NCBI RefSeq assembly: GCF_036971445.1
Contig: NC_091472.1
Location: 203,484,001 to 203,548,000, forward strand
DNA length: 64,000 nucleotides
From: Narcine bancroftii
Taxonomy: Eukaryota
Reading direction: 5' to 3'
This document shows, piece after piece, positions 11,736-24,198 of the stretch (its first letter is position 1; each line of letters starts with the position of its first letter). The notes beneath the pieces were generated by a model. The model did no database searches and was not told where the DNA came from. It was given only the letters and a program-made list of their open reading frames with translations. The translations under genes and the position numbers were made by a program.

Positions 11736-12396
11736 CTGCAGGGAAGTGGTTCGAAGAGAGAAGTGGTTGTTAACAGACGTGCATGAACAAAAGACGGCTG
11801 CATGAGAAAAACTGCAACACCTGGGTGGCCCTCCTGGGGTCCAGGGGCGATTATTGGGGCAAAGGTGATGGCCAAATCTCTGCGTAAGGCAGAGAAACCA
11901 AGATGAGTCACGTCCTTGTATTCATGTATACATAAATAATGTTGGTCTCTCCAGTTCTTAAACTATAAAAATGAAGAAAACTCCTGTATAATTTCGGATT
12001 TGTCCCAACACCCTCAATGCACACAGCAGCTGGACTCCCAGAACAGCTTTACTACTTTGAAGCGGGTTTTGCTGCATTGGAAGTATTAAGGTCAACTCTT
12101 ACCCGCGACTTCTTTTCAACCAGAACCTCGGACCCCCCTGCCGTCTTCAGCAGACGAAGTCCGCGAAAAAGGGCTGGTGTGTTTGGCGAGTGAGTTTAAT
12201 CCGGGCGCTGTGAACGTTGAGTGAACGACCGAGCGCTAAGGAACGGTGTTGAGTGCGAGCAGTTACCAGACTCAGCCTCAGACTGGAAGGTAAACCACCG
12301 TTACTGTGCCTTTTAACCACTGCGGGGAAGTGGTTCGAAGAGAGAAGTGGGTATTAACAGACGTGCATGAACAAAAGACGGCTGCATGGGAAAAAA
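11736..12396. repeat. About 75-bp direct repeat (11736-11810 and 12320-12396)
   Basis: CTGC(A/G)GGGAAGTGGTTCGAAGAGAGAAGTGG..AACAGACGTGCATGAACAAAAGACGGCTGCATG occurs twice with few differences. Confidence 0.9.
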
Positions 12397-12758
12397 GTGA
12401 AACTCGCGCAGCCCTGCTTAAAAAATATAGCGTGAACTCAAGTTGTATTTGATGACGGAAATTTGTTGAGACTGCTGAGAAATTTTTATCACCATTGGTT
12501 TATTGTACTTGATTAAAATCGAGATAATAGATTCGTATTAATTAAAAATGGCACTTGGGCGGCGTTATTGGTCTGTTCACCTTGAACGCCGTCCTAGTGA
12601 TAGAATGCCATCGTTGATCGAAACCTCCAGTTTAATTCACACACGGTTCATCCAACTAAGGCAACCCCGTGTCGATTATGTCCCTTGCATCTGACGGACA
12701 AAGCCAATCAACCCATCTGAATTGCAAACCGACTTCCCTTCGTTCTGTTCTGCTCCAG

Positions 12759-13095
12759 GAAGTTCAAGTATTCTTTTGATGCTCGTTTTCCCCTTGGGAC
12801 TGATCCCAGTTGCGATCAGACATCGCCCTGAAACTGCAGTAAGACTCGCCGAGCTGGCACGTCGCACAGCGCGGATCCTCTGGGCACCAGGTGGATGTCA
12901 GGAAGGGAGCTGGCGATGTTAATCACTTCGCGACAGCCTGTTCTCCATCGGGTCCTGCTCTCCACCGTGCGGCGCCCACTTAAACCGGCGCGGGAGGGGA
13001 AGCGCCAACGCAGACCGGGTCTGAGCACAACCTTAGTCTTCGCTCCAGGGCTTCGTCCTAACAAGCTCCGACACGTTGAAAAGAAGTTGCAGTTT
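12759..13095 (+). pseudogene. Probable highly decayed IgL constant pseudo-exon
   Basis: Strong phase-1 acceptor (TTCTGTTCTGCTCCAG). Residual register matches: VFPL..VA..ETAVRL..TARILW vs LLPP..VA..ATLVCL..SVEVSW; DSLFSIGSC......HLN vs DQTYSLSSY......EWN; GLSTTLV vs SLGSQLT; TLKRSC near the end. ATTAAA at 13180. Both core cysteines are lost. Confidence 0.45.
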
Positions 13096-13960
13096 CTTGC
13101 TGGATGTCTTTTAAAAAAAAGAATCAGCTCCTTCCTGAACAAGCACAGGAACCGATTCATTTATTGAAACAGCAGAAGAATTAAAACCCACGGGGCGCCG
13201 CACACTCAAGAGGAACAGCTCAGAAAACCTCCATGAGCTGGGAGCATCCAACTTCAGCGCACAAAGTGGTCCCAAGCTCCAGAGATCGTAGAAGGAGGAA
13301 ATCGCCACCTCTCAACCTGGCTCCGTGACGCGCATTTTTAACAGTTCGTTGCTCGGCATCATTCTAGATCGCAAGGAAATGAACTTCTTTGGGAGATTTT
13401 AATAGTAGTGCCCGATTATTCTCACAGAACTAAGTCTCCAGTGTTGGGGCTGGGAGGAGGCAGGATGATGATAGCCATCGGTTGCCAGAAAATCAAGGAT
13501 ATCTCGGTATTTTCAGGACTATAATGGAAATCACACATGATATTGTAGAAATATATGCTTACTTTAAAAAAAATTAAATATCCCGTCAAGGAAATTAGCA
13601 AAACGGCTTTCGCCTCCTTTCTGTCCACGACCTTTGTGAAATGGAGCTCGGCAATCCCATGTAACAGGAGTCCACGCGGCTTCTCCCAACCCAACCGCAA
13701 AAGCCCCTTCTTCTTAGCATTAAAAAGGCAAATAAAGGAAAGGCAAACCACGAGAAACTGGAGGGTCCATCCATGGTCAGAAATGGCCAGACATTCAAGC
13801 TGCCGTGTAAAATGGAATTAATTGCCCGGTTAACACCCCACTCACGTGTCCGACCCGGTCAGTGTGGTCCAAATCCAACTGGGTCCCTGACCTACCTCAG
13901 AGGTTGTCAGGGAGCTCAGTTAAACTTACCGAGGATGCGTGCACTGGCGGCTTGAAATTG

Positions 13961-14029
13961 AAAATGGCCGACCCGGTGGTTCCAGTGACGTCAGTGCGTG
14001 CGTGCGTGCGTCACCGGGCTGCATCCAAT
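13961..14029. promoter_or_regulatory. CpG-rich motif cluster: YY1, full CRE, (GCGT)4, CCAAT
   Basis: AAAATGGC at 13961, TGACGTCA at 13986-13993, CCAAT at 14025, and a minus-strand GTAAGT donor at 13929. Confidence 0.5.
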
Positions 14030-14057
14030 GACTGAAGCATTTACCTGACAGTACTAC

Positions 14058-14991
14058 AGCTTTGCGGAAACTGCCAAAATGTTTGGCCTGGAAGTCAGCC
14101 TGAAGAAAACTGAGGTCCTCCATCAGCCAGCTCCCCACCATGATTACCAGCCCCCCCACATCTCCATCGGGCACACAAAACTCAAAACGGTCAACCAGTT
14201 TACCTATCTCGGCTGCACCATTTCATCAGATGCAAGGATCGACAACGAGATAGACAACAGACTCGCCAAGGCAAATAGCGCCTTTGGAAGACTACACAAA
14301 AGAGTCTGGAAAAACAACCAACTGAAAAACCTCACAAAGATAAGCATATACAGAGCCGTTGTCATACCCACACTCCTGTTCGGCTCCGAATCATGGGTCC
14401 TCTACTGGCATCACCTACGGTTCCTAGAACGCTTCCACCAGCGTTGTCTCCGCTCCATCCTCAACATCTATTGGAGCGCTTTCATCCTTAACGTCAAAGT
14501 ACTTGAGATGGCAGAGGTCGACATCATCGAGTCCACCCTGCTGAAGATCCAGCTGCGCTGGGTGGGTCACGTCTCCAGAATGGAGGACCATCGCCTTCCC
14601 AAGATCGTGTTATATGGCGAGCTCTCCACTGGCCACCGTGACAGAGGTGCACCAAAGAAAAGGTACAAGGACTGCCTAAAGAAATCTCTTGGTGCCTGCC
14701 ACATTGACCACCGCCAGTGGGCTGATATCGCCTCAAACCGTGCATCTTGGCGCCTCACAATTTGGCGGGCAGCAACCTCCTTTGAAGAAGACCGCAGAGC
14801 CCACCTCACTGACAAAAGGCAAAGGAGGAAAAACCCAACACCCAACCCCAACCAACCAATTTTCCCCTGCAGCCGCTGCAACCGTGTCTGCCTGTCCCGC
14901 ATCGGACTGGTCAGCCACAAACGAGCCTGCAGCTGACATGGACTTTTTACCCCCTCCATAAATCTTCGTCCGCGAAGCCAAGCCAAAGAAG
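14058..14991 (+). mobile_element. RTE-clade LINE, 5'-truncated, young
   Basis: Open 285-aa RT C-terminal region (FTYLG..RLAKANSAFGRL..QLRWVGHV.RM..RLPK..C2HC finger), short 3' UTR and a GAA tail. Confidence 0.95.
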
Positions 14992-15099
14992 ATTGCAGCA
15001 CAGCAGAGTTGCTTAGCCAGGATCTGAAGATCATTTCCTTCCTGTTCGCCATTTGGACTGATTTGTCACTTCCAGTGAGTGTGAGGCAGAGAAGCAAAG

Positions 15100-18060
15100 A
15101 GAGTTTGAGAGAGAGGAGGAGTTATACCTTCTGGTCCTAATGAGAGGTCAGGTTAGCCCCTCCATTTGATGAGGAAAGTTGCTGAGAGTTTAAAGTGGCC
15201 AAAGGACCATTGGACCCTCATGTTACAATGCATGATGAAAGGGAAAGCTTAACAGGCTTACTGTGCCTTTAAAATCGGACAAGCTTCTGATTATGACACT
15301 CTAAAGCAAACTGTGCTTAAGGTTTATGAATAGCTTCCAGAAGCTTATTGTCAAAAATTTAGGAATTTAAGAAAATCAGTGAACCAGTCTGATATGGATT
15401 TTGCATAATGACAAAGCTTTGTGCATATCAGCAAATATAAATGATGAGCATAATAGACTGAGAGAGCGAGTGTTAGTTGATGAAATTAAAAAGTGTGTTC
15501 CAGTGATATAAAAGCATGTTTAGATGTAATGGGAGTGGAAACCTGGCAGGAATCTGCTAGATTAGTGCAAGTAGGCCTTAACCCACAAGGCTAAATTTGT
15601 ACCAATTAGAACTTTCCAAAGGGATAATATGGACTATCTAAGTAAGTCATAAAATAAATCAGGAAGATGAAGGGAAGCAAGAAAAGGAAAAACCTTTGTG
15701 TCCCCTTTGCCACTGTTGTAAAAAAAACCTGGTCACGTGATAGCATATTGTCTGAGCTGAGAGAAAAGGAGGCAGCACCAGACTCCTGTATTCAAAGAGA
15801 TGGAAAACATAGAAGTCAAAAGGGATTCAAACCTGCTGGTAACATTTGGGATAAATAATTTGGGTTTTGGTAAAGGAAGTGTCTCATCATGCTCAGTGGC
15901 TACATGACATCATGTCATGTTTAAACTTAGTGAAGATTAGTAACAGTGAAAATCCTTCGAGATACTGGGAGTGACCAGTCACTCAAGTTGGACAGTATTT
16001 TGGAGTTTGGTGATGAGGCTGCCACAGGTGAAATAAATTTGATTCGAGGTCTGGGGGGTGATCCAGAGTTGATACCTCTGCACAGGATAATGTTGAAATC
16101 AGAATTAATTGATGGACCTGTTACGATATGGATCAAGTTTACCAGTGGAAGGGGTCTCATTATTATTAGGAATGACCTTGCAGAGGATAAAGTTGTCCCC
16201 GTGGTGCAGTTGACAGCTAAGACAGTCATTCATGAGACAAAGACAAATATGGATATCTATCCAGCCTGTGCAGTGTCTCGAGCTATCGCAAACATTTATG
16301 ATGTGTTGTTGGGAATAAGAGAGGCTCCCTCAGATAAAATTTTTAAAGTCTAGGAATAGGACCAACAGCTTTTAATTCCTGAAAAAACTTGAAATGTAAT
16401 TTTCAAATTGGTTAAATACCTCTTCTTTATGTACCTGCCATTCTCTCCTACAATTTAAGGTAGTCCATAGTCAAACTATCTCATTTTTATGTAGATGTAT
16501 TTCTTTGTTGTGATAAATGCAACAATGGAGATGCTTCATTAATTCATATGTTCTGGACACGTAGAGTCTTGGGAAATATTGGAATGAAGTATTTCAAACT
16601 TTCTCTGCACTTTTTAAAGTTAATTTTAAACCATTTCTCTTAACTGCTTTATTTGGATTTGTTGGAGAGAGTAACATAATGGTTATGATATCTGAGTGAC
16701 ATGTATTAGCTTTTATTTCTCTTATGGCTGGGTGGGCGGTGTTGCTCAGAAGGAGGGACATTACCCTGCCTCATCATGCTCAGTGGCTACATGACATCAT
16801 GTCATGTTTAAACTTAGTGAAGATTAGATGCTCAATTTCTGATTTGAATTTAAATTTTCAAACTCCGTGGGGACTCTTTTTGAATTACTTTTATAATCCT
16901 TGATTTGTTTAGAAATGTAGAATAATGAAGTAATTTATCATCTGATAAGAATTGTGCCTTTCTTTTTGGGCAAACAGCTTCTTTCTTGGTAGTGGATATA
17001 GATTTCCTTTTTTATAATGAATTAATATAATATCAATTCAATAAAATATGTTTGATTTAAATGTGGACCTTTGAAATTATATGAGTTAAGTGTAATGTAT
17101 CTTTTTGAATTTTAACCTATATCCATATGTACTCTGTAATTTTGCTGTGAAATTTCAATGTAAATAAAAATATTGAAAAAAAGAGCTATGGCCTAAAAGC
17201 TTGCCAGTGCAGATGGTGTTGTGTTGACTGATTTTACAGGGACTGGAATCTGTGATAGTACAAAACCACATTTAGGTTGTAAGGATTGGCCAAAGCCTTT
17301 ACCTCATTCTTTGTTGGACCAGAGTTCTGGTGTTAAACCCGAGTGTAAGGATTTGTAGTAATCCCTAAAAGAGTTTAGAGCAGGGCAGAAAGAGATCCCG
17401 ATCCTACTGAAGAGAGAGATACAGCTCTCTCTGATGATGAAATTAAGAAAGTGCCAGTTGGATATTATTTAAAGGAATGGATGTTGATGAGGACGTGGAG
17501 ACCCCCTTAGGATACTGCCAGTGAAGAATGGGCAGTTGTTCACCAGGATGTAGTTCCTGAAGCCTTTAGGGATGAAATTTTAACCTTGGCCCATAGCACA
17601 CCCTGGGGTGGTCATCCTGATGTAAGGAAAACTATGTATAGGATTTTGAAGCAATTCTATTGACTGCGTTTAAGAAAAGATGTGACATTTTGCTGGACCT
17701 GTCACATTTGTCAAGTTGTGGGTAAACCCAATCAGGATCCCCCACTGGGTCCATTACAATCCATTCCTGCTTTTGGTGATCCCTTTCTAAAGTTGTTGGC
17801 CCATTGGCCAAGAAGAAAGCTGGGAATTAGTATATGTTAATTGTCATGTGTACAGAGTCCAGGTTTTCACAAGCAATACCGCTTGGAAATGTTAAAGCTA
17901 AAACTGTCAAAAGCTCTTACAAAATTTTTCACTTGAGTTGGTTTGCCTAAATAGATTCAGTCAGACCAGGGAGGTAATTTCATGTCGGGGCTGTTTCAGC
18001 AGACCATTTACATATTGGGAGCTAACCAGATTACGTCTCCTGCATATCATCCAGAATCTC
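15100..18060 (+). mobile_element. Decayed Gmr1-like Gypsy (gag, protease, then integrase)
   Basis: gag VYE*LPEAYCQKFRNLRK, protease ILRDTGS, then integrase HSTPWGGH..C..C..GP with no RT in between. Interrupted by an L1 fragment. Confidence 0.75.
16290..17182 (+). mobile_element. L1-clade LINE 3' fragment
   Basis: LQFKVVH, CDKC..LIHMFWT zinc finger, AT-rich 3' UTR, AATAAA and an A tail. Confidence 0.8.
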
Positions 18061-18440
18061 AACAGATCTAGAAATAATATGGCAGTGTGCATTACTGCAG
18101 CAGCTCATGCTGCTTCTTTGTGGTTTGTTGTGTGTGTTTTCCTGAGTGTGTGTGTGTGTTTGTGAATGTCAGTTTTGGATGGGCAAGTTCTACCAACAGC
18201 TGGCAGGTCCTTCTAAACCTGTGGGCCAGCGTATCAGGGTTGCAGTGAGTGCATTTCTGCACTCCTGCAATGGGTTGGTTGCCAGGGAGCAGAGGGCCAC
18301 AATACAGGGATCATATTTTGGTTGTCTGCCAGTTGCTAGTGGTGTTCCTCTGGGGTTGGTGTTGGGATCACTTTTTATGTTGCATATTAATGGTGAAGAT
18401 TACAGAATGAATGGCTTTATGTCCAAGTTTGCAGATGTAA

Positions 18441-20440
18441 TTTTTCGGGATATAAACTGAACTTAAATAAAAGTGAATTATTCCCTTTTAATGGATGGGT
18501 TCCTATTTATGATAGCTTGCCTTTTAAAATAGCTAGAGACCATTTTATATATTTAGGGATTAAGATTACTAAAAAACATAAAGATTTGTTTAGGACTAAT
18601 TTTTTCCCTCTATTGGACCTGATCGGCAGTTTACTTACCAATTGGTCACCATTATCCCTATCCATGATAGGCCGAATTAATGCTATTAAGATGATGATCT
18701 TACCTAAATTTTTATATATATTCCAAGCTATACCTATTTTTGTTCCTAAATCTTTTTTTGATAAGGTCGATTCTAAATTGTCCTCGTATATCTGGCAAAA
18801 CAAGAATCCTAGATTGGGGAAAAAATATTTACAGAAATCTAAACCAGAGGGAGGGTTGGCATTACCCAACTTTAGAATTTATTACTGGGCAATTAATATT
18901 AGTTACTTAAGGTATTGGTTGAATTATTCAGAATTATCTCTAAATCCCCATTGGGTAAATTTAGAAATTAAACTGATACAAAATTTTTCAATTAGCTCTA
19001 TTTTGGGAGCTGCTCTCCATTTTACTCTTACTAAATTATATAAACAAATTGATAATCCAATGGCTAAACATACACTACGTATATGGTTTCAATTCCGGAG
19101 ATTTTTTGGCCTAAGTCATTTTATCTTGGAAACTCCTATTGTACTAAATTTCCTTTTTCATCCCTCATTAATTGATCAAGCTTATTTACTCTGGAAAGTT
19201 AAAGGTATAACATGCTTTTCGGATTTATTCTTGGATAACTCTTTCATGTCATTTGAACAATTATCCATGAAATATGATTTACCTCGATCTCATTTCTTTC
19301 GATATTTGCAGATTAGGAGTTTCTTAGTTTCGACTTTACCCTCTTTTCCCAATCGGGAGACTACGACTGTTTTAGAGGATATACTATATTCAAAATTCCC
19401 TCCAAAAGGTGTGATATCTAAATTATATAATATAATTACAAAAATAAATTCTGGGACTTTTGAAAAGTTTAAAAATAATTGGGAAAGAGAACTCAACCTT
19501 CATATTTCCAATGAAAATTGGAATAAAATTCTGCGACTGGTAAACTCTTCTTCTCTATGTGCAAAACATTCACTAATACAGTTTAAAGTTGTTCATAGAG
19601 CTCATATGTCTAAAGATAAACTCCATCGCTTTTATTCTCATATCGATCCTATATGTGATAAATGTCAATTGGAAATAGCTTCCCTTACACATATGTTTTG
19701 GTCCTGTCCCTCTTTACAGAATTATTGGAAGGAAATTTTTTCTATTATATCTACTGTTTTGAATATTGATTTACAACCACATCCCATTACTGCAATTTTT
19801 GGATTACCTATGATAGATTTGACTTATTTATCTCTTCCTGTGGATCGTATGATTGCTTTTCTTACACTAATGGCTAGAAGATCTATATATTGAATTGGAA
19901 AGAGGTTAATTCTCCCACTGTTTTTCAATGGTTTACCCAAACTATACTATGTTTAAATTTAAAGAAAATTAGAAACTCTGTCTATGAATCCCCTTCTAAG
20001 TTTGAGTTAACCTGGCGACCATTTATTCAATATTTTCATTTGTGGTGAGTTGATCTGGCTCTGTTTTCTTTCTATGATTATGTATGATAATTGGGCTGTA
20101 AGATGAGATCGGAGTGATCGGCGTGGTTTAGCTATATCTGTAGGTTTTTTTTGTTTTTTTTAAGTTTTTTTAATTCAGATTTGTTTTTTCTTCTTTTTTG
20201 GGGTTTTTTTTTCTCTTTTTTCATATATTGTTATTAATTATATCTTTTTTTAGAGATAGTTCACACTCTAAACTGATCTAAAAATTTTTTTATGATATAT
20301 TTTTATTCTGTAATATTATTGTTTAATATCTCTGTATTAATTCATTACTTACTATGTATTTTTTATATCTCTTTGAACTGTATGTGTTTATAAATAATAA
20401 TAATAATAAAAAGATTGAAAAAGAAAAGAAAGAAAGGAAA
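18441..20440 (+). mobile_element. L1-clade LINE, 5'-truncated (ORF2 C-terminal 458 aa open)
   Basis: YLGI..GRINAIKM.ILPK.LY.FQ..GGLALPNF..YYWA..CDKC..HMFWSC, then a T-rich 3' UTR and A-rich tail. Inserted in CR1. Confidence 0.95.
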
Positions 20441-20966
20441 GTGTCACATACTTGGACATAAAAAATAAACAGGAAGACTATTTTCCAAATGGGGATAAAA
20501 TAGAAAATACCCAGATGTAAAGGGACCTGGGAGTCCTCATGCAGAATAGCCCGAAGGTAAACTTGCAGGTTGAGTCGATAGTTAAGAAGGCATTCATTTC
20601 TAGCAGAATAGATGCACTGTTCAGGCTTTATAAGGCACTGGTGAGACCTCACTTGGAGTATTATGAGCAGTTTGGGGCTCTTCATTTAAGAAAGGATGTT
20701 GGATAAGATTCATAAGAATAATTCCGGGAATGAAAGGGTTTTCACACAAAGAGTTCTTGGCCTGTACTCGTTGGAATTTAAGAAAATTGGGGTACATCTC
20801 ATTGAAACATTTTGTATGTTGAAATGCATGGACTGAGTAGATGTAGAAAGTTTGCTTGCCATGGTGGGAGATTGTAGGACAAGAGGGCACATCCTCAGGA
20901 TTGAAGGTCGACTGCTTGGAACAGAGATGAGGAGGAATTTATTTAATCAGAAGTTGCCGCATGTGG

Positions 20967-22668
20967 AGGGGGCGTGGCAAGATGGCGTAGGGAGCGGACG
21001 TGCATTCCCGGTCTCCCCCAGGCAGTTATATAAATACCCGTTTTAAGAATATTTCTTTTCTGCTAAAAGTCTTTGTTTTGTTTATCAATTGTTTTTAGTT
21101 TAAAATGGCAACAAAGATTAAGGAAAATAGAGTTCAAATACAGAACAAAACTACACTCTCCGACTTTGGAAGAAACTCGGCCTTCTTGCCTAGACAGAAC
21201 CACAGAGTCAAGGCTGGAATTTTCTTAAGAACGGAGCTCATTAATTGGACTGTCGGATAAGCTGGTCTTGGACACCCCTCTGAAAGATGGTGATGAATAT
21301 TGATTTGAAATGTTTTATGAAGATAAATTGCAGTAATTGGCATTGGTTGCCCGTGAGTTTTAAAAATCCAGATAACATTAAAGTTTATTAGTGATTTTTT
21401 TTGGATGGAATATCGGAAGGATGAATTTATTATCTATAAATACAGAACAAAATTACATTCTTTGACTTTGGAAGAAATTTGACCTATTTGCCCAGACAGA
21501 GCCGGAGTTGGTGCTGGAATTTTCTCAAGAACAGAACTTATTAAAGTTGATTTCGGACTCCTTTTTGAAAGATGGCGACGAATATTGATTTGAAATATTT
21601 GAAATATTTTCTGAAGATAAACATATATATGGAACTCCTTGACCTGCAATAAGGTTTATCAGTGATTTTTTTTTTGGATGGAATATTGGAAGAGTGAATT
21701 TTTTATCTGTGAGTATGCATACATTGCAAACAGATTTTAATAGTTTTGAAAAGGTTTTTTTTAAACTAAACAACAAGATCAGTTTAATATTGAGAAAATT
21801 GGAAAAAACAGAAACTTTATTATTAAATTTGGAAATTCAGTAGAAAGAAACTATGAACAAGATTGATGATTTATAAAATTAAAGTCGAAGGAGCAATGTC
21901 CAAGAAGAGTTAAAAATTTTGAATAAGTTTTCTTGAAAATAAACAATAATTTCAACTTAACATTGAGAAGATTGACAAAGTGGAAAATTTGGTATTAAAT
22001 TGGGAAACACAGAAGAAAGAACTTATGAATAACATTGATGCTTTAGAAGATCAAGACCGAAGGAATTATGTTCAAGAAAATTTTAAAAGATTTGAAAAAA
22101 ACTTTTTTTGAAAGTAAGCTACAAATTCAATTTGAGACTGAGAAGAATGGAAGATTCGGTGTTGAACTGGGATGTTCAGAGGTGTTTTAATTCAGTGGAT
22201 GAAATTCAGGAAGACTTTAAAAAAAATTTTTAAAAAACTTTTATTGATTGTAAACAATGCTTAACTCAGTGTTGGGAGGGTGGAAAGGGTGCAAAATTTA
22301 ATATCAAGTTTGGATTTTCAAAAAAAAGAGTTTATGAATAAGATTGGTTAAATTGATGGACCGGGGTTTTATGGATTTAAGAAATGATGATTTTTCGGTT
22401 TATACGTGTATTTTGTCTGCCTGGGGGGGGGGGGGGAGGGGGAGGGAGTGGTACTTCTGCTCCCGAAAGTCATATGCCACTTGTGGTTTATACCACACCC
22501 GTTTGGGTTTTTGGGAATTAACCACCACAAGGTGGTTTCCTAAGGGGTTAGGGGAGGTGGGGGGGGGGTGAAAATTTGAAAATTATTTAGTATCTATTAT
22601 GTAATATTATACTAAGTCAATTTGTAATGAATGTATGGAGATACTATAAATAAATTTCGAGAAAAAAA
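20967..22668 (+). mobile_element. Non-autonomous L1 derivative lacking ORF2 (HAL1-like/bipartite)
   Basis: L1-type 5' end GGGGGCGTGGCAAGATGGCG, internal tandem duplications, G-rich 3' UTR, AATAAA and A tail, with a perfect 18-bp TSD AGAAGTTGCCGCATGTGG (20949-20966, 22669-22686). Confidence 0.8.
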
Positions 22669-23383
22669 AGAAGTTGCCGCATGTGGTTGTGGAGGCCAGG
22701 TCATTGGGTTTTTTTATGGTAGAGATTGATAACTTCTTGATGAGCCTGGTGATTATCAGTTATCCCGAGAAGACCAGGCAGTATCTGCTGCCCTTTCCCC
22801 CTCCTGATTTCCCCTTTTGTTTGCTCTCATTTCAATTCCTGAAGCACCTCCAGCTATACGTATGATTCCAGCTGCTTAAACCTGCCCCAGACAACTTCAG
22901 ATAAGTGAAACCTGGTGGGTTAAATGGTTAAATGATGGTGATTGTATTGTAGAATCTTTGCTCTGGTTCAATGGATTTGCAGACTGTCATCTCAACCTGA
23001 GAAATGTAGTTAGCATTGGGCAGGTCATTAAATGCATTGACTGGTCTTTATTAAAGTGGTTGTGAAGACCAAGCAGTAGTGCTGAGTGGACAAAATGGAC
23101 CAGCTCATTAAATGGCAGGACACACTAGATAGGAGCCTAAAATAGGCCATTCAGCCTATCTCTTATGGTCTTACAGACATGGTCTACCACTACTGACCCT
23201 CCTCCCAAATGCTGATCTTTCCCACCAACAGTCAGCCTGCAAGAATGAAGCTCAAAGCAGTCTTCAATTTCTTTACACGTTGGTCACTCAATATTAATCA
23301 CGTCTCGCAATTTGCAGGCCGGCATGGTATCCCAGGTGCAAGTGATCTTTTCTACTCAAGACAAGAAGGGAAGAGCTGACCAT

Positions 23384-23491
23384 GGGAGAATGAATAGGAA
23401 GGGAGAATGAATAGGAAGGGAGAATGAATAGGAAGGGAGAATGAATAGGAAGGGAGAATGAATAGGAAGGGAGAATGAATAGGAAGGGAGA
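23384..23491. repeat. 17-bp purine-rich tandem repeat, 6 perfect copies plus a partial
   Basis: (GGGAGAATGAATAGGAA)6. Confidence 0.97.
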
Positions 23492-24198
23492 GGTATAGGA
23501 CCACAATGTTGGCAGCGCATTGCATTCACATTGAAAAATATATGCCGTCGTGATTTCGGAGAGTTAGGAAATTGAAACTATTAGGGGCAACAGGCAGGGA
23601 ACCCAGGTTCCTCGTGAAACACCGTGGAGATAGGAGACTCTAGCCTCTTAGGATGAAGAGTAGAATCAGCATGTATCTTTGCAGAAACTGTTTTTCTATG
23701 ATGCGGTGGGATGGGATGAGGGCAGCCATGAAATTCAGAGTTTCATACAGGAATTCCATTTTCTTACCAATCAAGGATGCTCATTCTTTTAGGATTGAAA
23801 TAAATTCGGATGGTTCATAGAAAATCCTAGTGGCAATGCAGATTTTATAGAACTTTTCGCTTTCGGCATTGTGCTCTTTCACAATGTTATAGGAGATTAG
23901 GGGAATTTCCACATTCATCAGCTGTCTTCTACAGTCAACCACCAGCAGTTTATGCTTGTTCTAATTTTAAGGCAAACACAAGCCAAAAGTGAAAATATGC
24001 ATGTTTAAAAATCCTGGAACGACACTAAAAGAATCCCTATCCACCTTGTTATGTTTGGAGCGTTAATTGCTTTTGTGTGTTGCATGTTGCTGACAACATC
24101 TGTAATTCATTTTTATTGTCCTAGAAAAGGTAATATGAGCTGCTTTCCTGAACTGCTGACACTTTTATGGTGTAGGTGAGTGTCAAAAATGAATGTGT

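Noticed and set aside
12816-13167. Arg-rich ORFs on both strands
   Set aside because: No recognisable domain; better explained as decayed C-exon or CpG-rich sequence.
840-23491. Tandem arrays (840-1170, 23384-23491) as CRISPR-like
   Set aside because: No unique spacers and a vertebrate context; these are ordinary minisatellites.
23530-23690. V-like fragments (ICRRDFGELG..QQAG..PRFLVKH)
   Set aside because: Multiple stops and no FR3/YYC, splice sites or leader; indistinguishable from chance.
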